NCBI GenBank assembly: GCA_950097015.1 | Contig: CATNEN010000037.1 | Span: 4,278,001-4,342,000 of the forward strand | From: Macrostomum hystrix | Taxonomy: Eukaryota; Animalia; Platyhelminthes | DNA: 64,000 nucleotides | Direction: 5' to 3' | In this document: positions 22,826 to 34,849 of the stretch, piece by piece | Numbering within the stretch: the stretch's first letter is position 1 | How the letters are laid out: every line of letters begins with the position of its first letter | Program-made: the position numbers and the translations under genes | Notes under the pieces: model-generated | Told to the model about the DNA's origin: nothing | Database searches by the model: none | The model's input: only the letters and a program-made list of their open reading frames with translations

Positions 22826-23012
22826 GCGTCAGATTGAGTTGGCACGCTGATTCGCTATGAGTCAACTATCTTGAGTGAACATGCAGCATATTCTAAATTA
22901 ACCAACGACAAGCAACAAAGGCTGAAACGCGGCAGAGGTAGCGGGTACAGCCCATCAGTGAGTTATAAAGGCCAGGGCAGGAAGGTAGGAGTTGTTTCAC
23001 TGAGGCAGCCAG

Positions 23013-26000
23013 TCAGCCGGCTGAAGATCTGCCAGAGCTGCCCCGTTTTCGAAAATAACGAAAAGCCAGGTAGATAAACTCGATGATCTCAACAAAGCAG
23101 GCCATTGTGAGGCCCAGATACAGTGAGCACAGGCCGCCGATACGGCAGACCAGAGCTTCAAAGGTCACGGTCAGCTTCTCCTCTCGCCTGACCGTGTTGA
23201 AACTCTTCCGCCGAAGCACAACATAGGCAAAGTTTTTAGTTAGCTCGTGCTCGGTGTCGTTCGGTATTTTAGTCAGATCGGTCAGGCGCAGGTAGGCCAT
23301 GATAGAACGAAAGCTGTCCTCCAGGACGGTGGCATTATTGTTGGTGTCCTTGAATCGCTTCCAGCTATGCGACTGGTTGAGCATCCAGTGCAGCTGGAAG
23401 TCGGACACTCGCCAGCGAGTGATTGACAGCTCCTTCTCGTAATAGTACTTGCTGCAGCGCTTCAGACAGCGACGGCCCTCCACTTTGCGTTGCTCCTCTT
23501 TCCAGTCGATCTGCCTCAGGCAGAACAGGTTCCTGGGGTGGCGGGGCGGTTGCCATGGAGACATTAATATGAGATAATTGAGAGGGAGAGAGATTTAAGA
23601 TTTCATTTGATAGGGTCAGCAATGGGGAGTTAAGTGTGAGAAGTTAGAAGTTGGATGTGAGAAATTAAGTTTGTGATCATAAATTTGAAGTCAGATATGA
23701 GAAGTTTAAATTTAGGTGTGAGATATAGAGGAAATTTAGTGCAATAAATCCGCAAGGCGTGATAAATGAAAAGCAAGGTGTGAGAAATGAAAAGCAAGGT
23801 GTGAGAAATAAAAAGCTAGGTGTGAGAAATGAAAAGCTAGTTGTGAGAAATGAAAAGCAAGGTGTGAGAAATGAAAAGCAAGGTGTGAGAAATGAAAAGC
23901 AAGGTGTGAGAAATGAAAAGCTAGGTGTGAGAAATGAAAAGCAAGGCGTAAGAAATGAAAAGCAAGGTGTGAGAAATGAAAAGCAAGGCGTAAGAAATGA
24001 AAATCAAGGTGTGAGAAATGAAAAGCAAGGCGTAAGAAATGAAAAGCAAGGTGTGAGAAATGAAAAGCAAGGTGTGAGAAATGAAAAGCAAGGTGTGAGA
24101 AATGAAAAGCAAGGCGTAAGAAATGAAAAGCAAGGTGTGAGAAATGAAAAGCTAGGTTTGAGAAATGAAAAGCAAGGCGTAAGAAATGAAAAGCAAGGTG
24201 TGAGAAATGAAAAGCAAGGCGTAAGAAATGAAAAGCTAGGTGTGAGAAATGAAAAGCAAGGTGTGAGAAATGAAAAGCTAGGTGTGAGAAATGAAAAGCT
24301 AGGTGTGAGAAATGAAAAGCAAGGTGTGAGAAATGAAAAGCTAGGTGTGAGAAATGAAAAGCTAGGTGTGAGAAATGAAAAGCTAGGTGTGAGAAATGAA
24401 AAGCAAGGCGTAAGAAATGAAAAGCTAGGTGTGAGAAATGAAAAGCAAGGCAGGCGTGAGAAATGAAAAGCAAGGTGTGAGAAATTAGAAGCTAGAAGTG
24501 AGAAATTAGACGCTGGAAGTGAGAAATGAGAAGTCAGATGTGAGAATGGACTATTTAGTATGATAATTTAATAGAGGATGGGAAAAATGAGGAAATGCAA
24601 TAAAATAATATAGAATTACTAGTATATTGATTGATTTAGTGAAGTAACTGGGTTGAGGTTTTAGTCTGCAAATTAGCCCATGAGTAAGTTTATAACACAC
24701 TTCAATCAGCGAAACAGACCAGTTTGGCTAATTAGGACAGTCCGCAGTATTTGATCAACAGATCTGACGGCTCCAATCAGATTCCGCTAGCAACCAAGTC
24801 GCTCACAATTAGAAAAAACACGATTGTAAATCAATGCAGACAGCTGCCAGTTTGTCAGTTCTCGGCTAAGCTAATTTAATTAATTAATTTCATCGCATTT
24901 TGGAATAATCATGTATTACTTCGTATTATTTTTTTATAATGATTCGTAATATCGCTTAAACTATGGCTGAACTAAAAACTCTGACCTAGAGACTAAGGCT
25001 TTATATTTTCTGCTGATTACCCCAGAGAATAATGCTAGGAATTATTCATGACCCCAACATGCCACCTCGAGCTGACGCCGGTTCAGTTTTTGTGAGATTG
25101 AGTTAAAATGAATTTTATCTTACAAATTTCTAGTTCTCATTGCCCCATGCGGCTCACTTAAAGAAGGGCAGAGGGCCCGATTGCCCCAGCACTCCGCAGT
25201 AGGGCACACTGTTGCTAAGCAACCCGGGCGGCCTTGGATACCGGGAGATGACGCAGCCGCATTTTCTCATCGCCAGCTCGTTCAGCTCCTGACGAACGCA
25301 GGCGTCGAATGAGTAGGCGTACGAGTTGTCGAGATCGGCGATTCTGGGACTGTCAGCTGGGTGGCACAGGTCCGTTGGACAGTCTGGAGCCTCCTGCCAC
25401 AACACGGAGTCAAATGACACTTCAACCATCTTGCCTGCGGAGTGTTTTGAATGCGTAAATAAGTGTAGTACACTTTGTATCCGCGACTGTGAGCGATCCA
25501 TCAGATCCATCAGTCATTGGGCACGATCCATCAGTCATTGGGCACGATCCATCAGTCATTGGGCCCGATCCATCAGTCATTGGGCCCGATCCATCAGTCA
25601 TTGGGCCCGATCCATCAGTCATTGGGCCCGATCCATCAGTCATTGGGCCCGATCCATCAGTCATTGGGCTCGATCCATCAGTCATTGGGCCCGATCCATC
25701 AGTCATTGGGCCCGATCCATCAGTCATTGGGCCCGATCCATCAGTCATTGGGCACGATCCATCAGTCATTGGGCCCGATCCATCAGTCATTGGGCACGAT
25801 CCATCAGTCATTGGGCCCGATCCATCAGTCATTGGGCCCGATCCATCAGTCATTGGGCCCGATCCATCAGTCATAGAAACATATTCCTCAATCTTTGAAA
25901 TCGATCGATGTGTCATTTTTTATCAATCAACCCGCCAGTCACTCCCGATCAATCAACCCGCAGTCACTCCTGATCAATCAACCCATCCGTCACTCCTGAT

Positions 26001-27343
26001 CAATCAACCCATCAGTCACTCCTGATCAATCAACCCGTCAGTCACTCCTGATCAATCAACCCATCAGTCACTCCTGATCAATCAACCCGCCAGTCACTCC
26101 TGATCAATCAACCCGTCAGTCACTCCTGATCAATCAACCCGTCAGTCACTCCTGATCAATCAACCCATCCGTCACTCCTGATCAATCAACCCATCCGTCA
26201 CTCCTGATCAATCAACCCATCCGTCACTCCTGATCAATCAACCCATCCGTCACTCCCGATCAATCAACCCATCAGTCACTCCTGATCAATCAACCCATCC
26301 GTCACTCCTGATCAATCAACCCATCCGTCACTCCCGATCAATCAACCCATCCGTCACTCCTGATCAATCAACCCATCCGTCACTCCTGATCAATCAACCC
26401 ATCCGCCACTCCTGATCAATCAACCCATCAGTCACTCGTGATCAATCAACCCATCAGTCACTCGTGATCAATCAACCCATCAGTCACTCGTGATCAATCA
26501 ACCCATCAGTCACTCCTGATCAATCAACCCATCCGCCACTCCTGATCAATTAACCCATCAGTCACTCCTGATCAATCAACCCATCCGTCACTCCTGATCA
26601 ATCAACCCATCAGTCACTCCTGATCAATCAACCCGTCAGTCACTCCTGATCAATCAACCCGTCAGTCACTCCTGATCAATCAACCCATCAGTCACTCCTG
26701 ATCAATCAACCCATCAGTCACTCCTGATCAATCAACCCATCCGTCACTCCTGATCAATCAACCCGTCAGTCACTCCTGATCAATCAACCCGTCAGTCACT
26801 CCTGATCAATCAACCCATCAGTCACTCCTGATCAATCAACCCATCAGTCACTCCCGATCAATCAACCCATCCGTCACTCCTGATCAATCAACCCATCCGC
26901 CACTCCTGATCAATCAACCCATCAGTCACTCCCGATCAATCAACCCATCCGTCACTCCTGATCAATCAACCCATCAGTCACTCCTGATCAATCAACCCAT
27001 CCGTCACTCCTGATCAATCAACCCATCCGCCACTCCTGATCAATCAACCCATCAGTCACTCCCGATCAATCAACCCATCCGTCACTCCCGATCAATCAAC
27101 CCATCCGTCACTCCCGATCAATCAACCCATCAGTCACTCCCGATCAATCAACCCAGCGGTCATTGCCATTAGTCGATCAATCAGCCAGCAGAAAGCAAGT
27201 TGTCAGAGCTCTCAGAAGGCAGCTGAAATCGGTGCAGCCTCTTGCTTGATGGCAAGCCGGAAGCCATCAGACCTCAATTTGATTTGCCGCCTCCCCGAGT
27301 TACAATTTGAGCCGAAAGAGAAAGTGGAAGCAAATGAGATTTA

Positions 27344-27382
<39 letters not shown>

Positions 27383-30300
27383 AGGGGTGCTCGCAAAGCA
27401 GCCTCAAGTGCCTCTTGCCCATTGAGCAGCAAGATGGATAATGCCTCAGAAGACACACTGCACGGCACACAGACTCACACCCTTTGCCTTTTATGACCCT
27501 TTAGAGGCGCAGGCATGACCTAGAACGAGGTCAGCAAACTGTTGGACTTAATGAGAGGGGTACCGTAATATTTTGCAGCAAAAAATCGGCTGCATCTATC
27601 ATGCCAATTGCTTTTGTGTTCTGAGATTGAAACTGAATATGTTACTGCTTTAAAAATGTGAAAAAATCTACTCAGTCCTTGCGACAATTGATCCGCGAAG
27701 CAAGAGGCACTCAGGTGAATTGCCTCTCTGATCCTTTGTGTTTTCTGCTGCCATTCTACATTCTTCAATTCCAGGCCTGCATTCCTAAAACGATTTTGGG
27801 GGAAAATATTGCACAGCCAAGTCACAGCAGACCCAGTGCGACGGGAAGTGTCGTAGATAGATAGAAATTACAGTTAGCCCAGTCAGGTCAGACACACAGC
27901 CACTCAAATTTATACGCATGCTAATATAATATTTGCAGGATCGAGGGCTGAGGGGCATGGCACATCATTTGGTGACACCAGACCCGCAGCCAGCGAGGAG
28001 GCAATTCTGACCATTCCGCTGACTCCTGAGCACACACGCACACAGATACGCAGGCACACGCTCACACAGGTGTGTACATCTGCCCTGACTTTCTCATCGT
28101 CAGGCAATGTACACTCTCACTGTGCCTTGGAGGTTGGCCCTTAAAGGTCGGAAATTGCACGACAAGCCTCCAAGCCTTCTCTCCGCGGCCTCGCCACGGA
28201 ATCGAGCTCAGGGACCTTGTCTCGCTCGATTACACGAGTTGCTACCCTCTGGCTGAGGCTCAGGCTCCTGACCAATCGGCTACCACTGGTTTTTAATCCG
28301 CAGTGCACTCACCCCTCCACTGGATATTAAGCTAATCAAATAAATTTTATTGCTGCTGGTTGGCAGTCAATCTGTCACGCACCGGGGGCCCAACGTGCCT
28401 TCATCGTTCCGTGGCATTCTCCTCTCTCTCATTCTCTCAAATTGTGTTTGCTGCCAAATAGGCAGCAGCCCCGGGGCTTCAAGAGGTCAAGGCAGCGAAT
28501 CAATCAAGCTGCTGAGTTGGGCTTCCCCTTGGCAACCCGGCCAAGCCCACAAACAAACCAAACCTCCCAGATCCCCCATCCGCTCGTGCTCCTCATTGAT
28601 TCCGGGAACTGTGCGGCTGCATTTTATTCCCCCCCACATCGATCTAGGTCGAGCAGGTCGTTCTCTGCCGGAATGATTGGGGCCTGAGTCAGGTCTGAGC
28701 ATAATTGGCCCTATCGAGGATGTGTGAAGTGTGCAGCAGACCTGGGCGCCACCCCCCTTGTGTATGGGTTTGCCGCTGCTTTTCACACTGAATGGGTCTC
28801 GAGTCAGGGAGGCACGACTCATTTCTGTAGGTATTTTCAGCCTTGTCATCAAGCCCAGCTAGCGTGCTCAGGATGCTGATGGCTTCATAATGATTATGTT
28901 GATTCGCTCCTCCGATTTTTACAAGCTACTCAGATTGGTACAAACTACTCAGATTGGTACAAACTACTCAGATTGGTACAAAATACTCAGATTGGTACAA
29001 ACTACTCAGATTGGTACGAACTACTCAGATTGGTACAAACTACTCAGATTGGTACAAACTACTCAGATTGGTACAAACTACTCAGATTGGTACAAACTAC
29101 TCAGATTGGTACAAACTACTCAGATTGGTACAAACTACTCAGATTGGTACAAACTACTCAGATTGGTACAAACTACTCAGATTGGTACAAACTACTCAGA
29201 TTTTTACACACTTCTCTGATCTGCACAAACCTGCTCAGGTTTTTACACACCCTCAGATCAGTACACACAGGCAGATCAGTACACACAGTCAGATCGGTAC
29301 ACACCCTCAGATCGGTACACACCCTCAGATCGGTACACACCCTCAGATCGGTACACACCCTCAGATCGGTACACACCCTCAGATTGGTAGTACACACCCT
29401 CAGATCGGTACACACCCTCAGATCGGTACACACCCTCATATCAGTACACACCCTCAGATTGGTACACACCCTCATATCAGTACACACCCTCAGATTGGTA
29501 CACACCCTCATATCAGTACACACCCTCAGATTGGTACACACCCTCATATCAGTACACACCCTCAGATTGGTACACACCCTCAGATGGGTACACACAGTCA
29601 GTTTGTCACACACAGTCGGATAGTCCAACCTGGTTCCACATTGACCCCGCCCTGCTCAATATCCGGGTAGAGCTTGCTCTCGTGCAGCAGCAGTCGCAGG
29701 CCGTAAGCCTGGTCGAAGACGTCTGAGACGAAGGCTCGCTCGTGTTCAGACGGCTGCTGGTCAGGAATCACAGAGCCCAGATCCAGGATGAGGTAGACAG
29801 CTGAGATGAGCTGGCTGTTCTGGGTTGGCTGCACTGTATAGCAGTTGAAGTATCTCGGATGTGACACCAGCTGAAAGCGCAGATCGCAGTCTAGCTCATT
29901 GCCAACAAGCATGTTCGGCCCGACAGTAACCACGCAGTGGAGCAGAAATTCGCGTACTGAGTGTCCGAGCAGGACTGTCTGGCTGTAGTTCAGCCACTGG
30001 TAATACACGTTTACCAAGTCATATCTGTAAATTCGCAGGCATAATGTGGCACTAGTCAGAGTGTACTGACACTAGTCAGAGTGTACTGACACTAGTCAGA
30101 GTGTACTGACACTAGTCAGAGTGTACTGGCACTAGTCAGAGTGTCCTGACACTAGTCAGAGTGTACTTACACTAGTCAGAGTGCACTGACACTAGTCAGA
30201 GTGTACTGACACTAGTCAGAGTGTACTGACACTAGTCAGAGTGTACTGACACTAGTCAGAGTGTACTGGCACTAGTCAGAGTGTACTTACACTAGTCAGA

Positions 30301-33162
30301 GTGCACTGACACTAGTCAGAGTGTACTGACACTAGTCAGAGTGTTTTGACACTAGTCAGAGTGTTTTGACACTAGTCAGAGTGTACTGACACTAGTCAGA
30401 GTGTTCTGACACTAGTCAGAGTGTACTGACACTAGGCAGAAAAAATTGAAGTGCAGCGCAGTTGCCAAGTCACTCAGTTGGCACTGATAATCAGTCAAAA
30501 AATAAACAGGCTTCATGAAAAAACACTTTCAGAATTGTTTTTTGCTTTTTTCTCCCATAATCTTCTTTCATCATAACTATACTAAAATAATTAGAAGCGG
30601 CAATTTTTCGCTATTATTTATAATTACTTCTAATGGTCTAGCTACGATTCGATATATTGGTCTAGCTACGATTCCATATATTGGTCTAGCTACGATTCCA
30701 TATATTGGTCTAGCTACGATTCCATATATTGGTCTAGCTACGATTCCATATATTGGTCTAGCTACGATTCCTTCTATTGGTCTAGCTACGATTCCATATA
30801 TTGGTCTAGCTACGATTCCATATATTGGTCTAGCTACGATTCCATATATTGGTCTAGCTACGATTCCATATATTGGTCTAGCTAAGATTCCATATATTGG
30901 TCTAGCTACGATTCCATATATTGGTCTAGCTACGATTCCATATATTGGTCTAGCTACGATTCCTTCTATTGGTCTAGCTACGATTCCATATATTGGTCTA
31001 GCTAAGATTCCATATATTGGTCTAGCTACGATTCCATATATTGGTCTAGCTACGATTCCATATATTGGTCTAGCTACGATTCCATATATTGGTCTAGCTA
31101 CGATTTCATATATTGGTCTAGCTACGATTCCATATATTGGTCTAGCTACGATTCCATATATTGGTCTAGCTACGATTCCATATATTGGTCTAGCTACGAT
31201 TCCATATATTGGTCTAGCTACGATTCCATATAATGGTCTAGCTACGATTCCATATATTGGTCTAGCTACGATTCCTTCTATTGGTCTAGCTACGATTCCA
31301 TATATTGGTCTAGCTAAGATTCCATATATTGGTCTAGCTACGATTCGATATATTGGTCTAGCTACGATTCCATATATTGGTCTAGCTACGATTCCATATA
31401 TTGGTCTAGCTACGATTCCATATATTGGTCTAGCTACGATTCCATATATTGGTCTAGCTACGATTCCTTCTATTGGTCTAGCTACGATTCCATATATTGG
31501 TCTAGCTACGATTCCATATATTGGTCTAGCTACGATTCCATATATTGGTCTAGCTACGATTCCATATATTGGTCTAGCTAAGATTCCATATATTGGTCTA
31601 GCTACGATTCCATATATTGGTCTAGCTACGATTCCATATATTGGTCTAGCTACGATTCCTTCTATTGGTCTAGCTACGATTCCATATATTGGTCTAGCTA
31701 AGATTCCATATATTGGTCTAGCTACGATTCCATATATTGGTCTAGCTACGATTCCATATATTGGTCTAGCTACGATTCCATATATTGGTCTAGCTACGAT
31801 TTCATATATTGGTCTAGCTACGATTCCATATATTGGTCTAGCTACGATTCCATATATTGGTCTAGCTACGATTCCATATATTGGTCTAGCTACGATTCCA
31901 TATATTGGTCTAGCTACGATTCCATATAATGGTCTAGCTACGATTCCATATATTGGTCTAGCTACGATTCCTTCTATTGGTCTAGCTACGATTCCATATA
32001 TTGGTCTAGCTACGATTCCATATATTGGTCTAGCTACGATTCCATATATTGGTCTAGCTACGATTCCATATATTGGTCTAGCTAAGATTCCATATATTGG
32101 TCTAGCTACAATGCTGGCTACGGTTGTAGCTGAAAAGATAATATTAAAAATGATTGCCCTTGAGCTTCGGGCAAGGGCACATAACTTGGTGACTCTAGAC
32201 CCGCAGCCAGCGAGGAGCGGCTGCTCATTTCGCTAAACTCCTAAGCACAGGCTCACACAGGTGTGTACATCTGACCTGACTTTCTCCTCGTCAGGCAGTG
32301 TACAATTTCCCAGCGCCCAGGTTGGCCCTCAAGGTCGCAAATTGCACAAGCCTCCAAACTCTCTCTTCGCGGCTGCACCCGAAATGAATGTGGCCTCGCC
32401 GCGGAATCGAACTCAGGGACCTTGGCGGGAGAGGCAAACATGTTAGACCACCTCTGCCACTTATCCCCTTAACTGAAATGGCAAAAGCAATGATTACTTA
32501 GTGAGGGTGCTGGCCAGGGAGTGGTGCCCTCTAGCCATGAGCGCCCTGGCGTGGGCTCGGAGGGCGTCGTTGAAGCTGCTTGGCGAGGGCACCTGGCCGC
32601 TAGCCCAGAGCTGTGCCGCGCGTGCCGAGAACGGATAATGATTGCACAATGTCACCGCAGGAAAGTCGCTGGCGTGGTTGCTCAGAATCGACGTCTGGAT
32701 GCCGACATCGGCCTCGTAATAGTTGACGACGATCTTGTATGAAGACAGCAGCAGGAGGCCGAGCATGCACAGGACAAACAGAAGCCAGAGACAGCGGAGG
32801 CAGGCGCTCTCAGCTTTCACGATGCGCGGCACACCACGCAGGCTGCTATTGGCGCAGAACAGCTGGCGAAGGTCGCTGCTGACGCCGCTGCCAACACCGC
32901 CGCCGCTGCCGCCGCCGCTGCCGCCGCCGCCGCCACTGACACTGAGAAAGCGTGAGCGGCGCTGCTTCAGGCTGCTGTTTGAGGAGCTGCCATTGATTGA
33001 CACGGCCGGATCGGACTCAAGCGGCTCTGGCAGATGCAGCATTGCCTTCAATCGCAGCGGAGATCTTGTCATTGAGCTGACTGCCTGCCGGGGGATCAAA
33101 TCCCAATCTGCTCTTTTATCCGTCGTTGGGAGATCAGTGGCTGGCCAATCAGCGGTGCCCAA
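23013..33162 (-). CDS. DEG/ENaC (amiloride-sensitive sodium channel/ASIC-like) subunit, 618 aa; exons 33162..32498, 30024..29630, 25434..25158, 23532..23013
   Basis: LWLLFVLCM TM1, FPAVTLCN, HPRYFNCYT, GLRLLLHE, CVRQE..MRKCGC, CLKRCSK.YY, GGLCSLYLGLT..VEIIE TM2. Intron phases 2,1,2 are consistent; total 1857 nt. Confidence 0.9.
23760..24540. repeat. 21-bp minisatellite (ENaC intron 3)
   Basis: GTGTGAGAAATGAAAAGCAAG units. Confidence 0.95.
25497..25873. repeat. 21-bp minisatellite (ENaC intron 2)
   Basis: GATCCATCAGTCATTGGGCCC units. Confidence 0.95.
25925..27155. repeat. 26-bp minisatellite (ENaC intron 2)
   Basis: GATCAATCAACCCATCMGTCACTCCT units. Confidence 0.95.
27955..28240 (-). mobile_element. 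SINE family B, copy 2
   Basis: GCCAGCGAGGAGGC at 27989, CCTGACTTTCTCATCGTCAGG, GGAATCGAGCT. Confidence 0.85.
28925..29600. repeat. Related 19-bp and 18-bp minisatellites next to the ENaC exon 2 donor
   Basis: TCAGATTGGTACAAACTAC then TCAGATYGGTACACACCC. Confidence 0.95.
30050..30436. repeat. 20-bp minisatellite next to the ENaC exon 2 acceptor
   Basis: ACTAGTCAGAGTGTACTGAC units with an internal GTCAG/CTGAC inverted repeat. Confidence 0.95.
30636..32110. repeat. 24-bp minisatellite with a 696-bp higher-order repeat
   Basis: ATTGGTCTAGCTACGATTCCATAT units; rare variants recur exactly 696 bp apart. Confidence 0.95.
32185..32460 (-). mobile_element. SINE family B, copy 3
   Basis: GACCCGCAGCCAGCGAGGAG, CCTGACTTTCTCCTCGTCAGG, GGAATCGAACTCAGGGACCTTGG, head ...CTCTGCCAC. 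Confidence 0.85.
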
Positions 33163-33397
33163 TGGGTGGCTTTGGGCTCAGCTGAACAACCGGGTGCAGT
33201 AAGTCAGTGCAAGCCATGCAGATCGCTGCTAGAGATCAGGGCAGCGGACTTCAGCTTTGGCTTCAGCTTTTACGATTCTGGCTATGACTATATTCTTATT
33301 GTATAGATATTACTAATAGTCTGTCAATGGCTTTTCAAGTAGTTCTGGCTGTGGCTCTAGCTACCAATACCATACTAGCAGTGTACTATTCTAATCT

Positions 33398-33698
33398 GAG
33401 CAGTGTGTACAGATCTGAGCAGTGTGTACAGATCTGAGCAGTGTGTACAGATCTGAGCAGTGTGTACAGATCTGAGCAGTGTGTACAGATCTGAGCAGTG
33501 TGTACAGAACTGAGCAGTGTGTACAGATCTGAGCAGTGTGTACAGATCTGAGCAGTGTGTACAGATCTGAGCAGTGTGTACAGATCTGAGCAGTGTGTAC
33601 AGATCTGAGCAGTGTGTACAGATCTGAGCAGTGTGTACAGATCTGAGCAGTGTGTACAGATCTGAGCAGTGTGTACAGATCTGAGCAGTGTGTACAGA
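33398..33698. repeat. 19-bp minisatellite
   Basis: GATCTGAGCAGTGTGTACA units. Confidence 0.95.
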
Positions 33699-34453
33699 AA
33701 TCAATCGATTTTGCGTGCAATTCAACCTTCATCTACTGACTACTGGCGAGAACCCACCAGCATCTATAAATAATTGGGGCTGTAGGGTACTAAACAGCAA
33801 GATATAAAAAAAACAAAATCCTAGTTTAACGTCCAAGGCCTAAATCAAAGCTGAGCAATCGGTTGTCTTTTCAAAAGTGCAGCCATTTGTATTATAGCTC
33901 CAGAAGTTAAATTACTTCCTCCTGAGTCGTATTCTATGTTTTCTATCGGCCATGCAGGCAGGCACTTTGCGCTTGAAATGTTACTTTTCTCAACAGACGA
34001 ACTATACAGAATTTCGTCCATCTCGTCTATTAAGGCTAAACTACTTCCAATCGGGGTGAGATCATCTCTCTGCATAAATGTAATTTCGCTTACAGCTTGG
34101 ATAAAAAACAAACTAAACATGACATTGAGCAGTTCTGGCTCTTTTTATGCGAAAAAGCAACGTTGCTTAACTCTGCCACATGCCACTTGGGTTTAAGAAT
34201 CCAATTGTTATGCATAGACCATATCTGAAATGCAAATCCTGCTCTACCGGGTTCTGATTGAGTGTTTTGTGTTTTGCATACATTTATGCTGCCCCAAACA
34301 GCCATCAGTGCTGATGATCGCCTTGTGTCCTTCAACTGGGAAATTCTCTGCCGCATTGATGTCGGGCAAGGCTTTATGATGCCCTGCTGCCTGACACTGC
34401 AACAGGACAGACCCCTGCCATACTGCCATAGCCTTAGCAACCGCAGGGCTGAA

Positions 34454-34782
34454 GGGGTCGGTGGCACAGCGGTTAACGCGTTTGCCTCTCGCACCAAGGT
34501 CCCTAAGCTCGATTCCGTGGCGAGGCAACATTCATTTAGGGCGCAGCCGCGGAGAGAAGGCTTGGTGGCTTGTCGTGCAATTTACGAACTTGAGGGCCAA
34601 CTCAAGGGCCAGTGAAATTGTAGAATCCCTGACGATGAGAAAGTCAGGATAGATGCACACCTGTGTGCGTGTGTGTCTGCGTACGGTATCCGTGTGCATG
34701 TGTGCTCAGGAGCCAGCGAAATGGGCAGAATTGCCTCCTCGCTGGCTGCGGGCCTGGAGCCACCAAATGATGCGCCATTTCC
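34454..34782 (+). mobile_element. SINE family B, copy 4
   Basis: GGGGTCGGTGGCACAGCGG head, AGCTCGATTCC, CCTGACGATGAGAAAGTCAGG, GCCTCCTCGCTGGC at 34733. Confidence 0.85.
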
Positions 34783-34849
34783 TGCAGCCCAACTGCAGTT
34801 ATTATCAATTATCATTATTAGCATTATAACCGCTGGGCTGTAGGGAAGC

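Noticed and set aside
27274-27468. Poly-Ala ORF over (CTG)12
   Set aside because: Intronic trinucleotide microsatellite in a short ORF with a non-ATG start and no splice or homology support.
28487-28852. Extra ENaC exon
   Set aside because: Exon 2 (…NVEPG) splices in phase directly to GKMVEVSF at 25434, restoring the family alignment without it.
30515-32236. 573-aa ORF of (ATIPYIGL)n
   Set aside because: It is a translation of a stop-free 24-bp intronic minisatellite antisense to the ENaC gene; variants look like DNA-level repeat turnover and there is no independent coding evidence.
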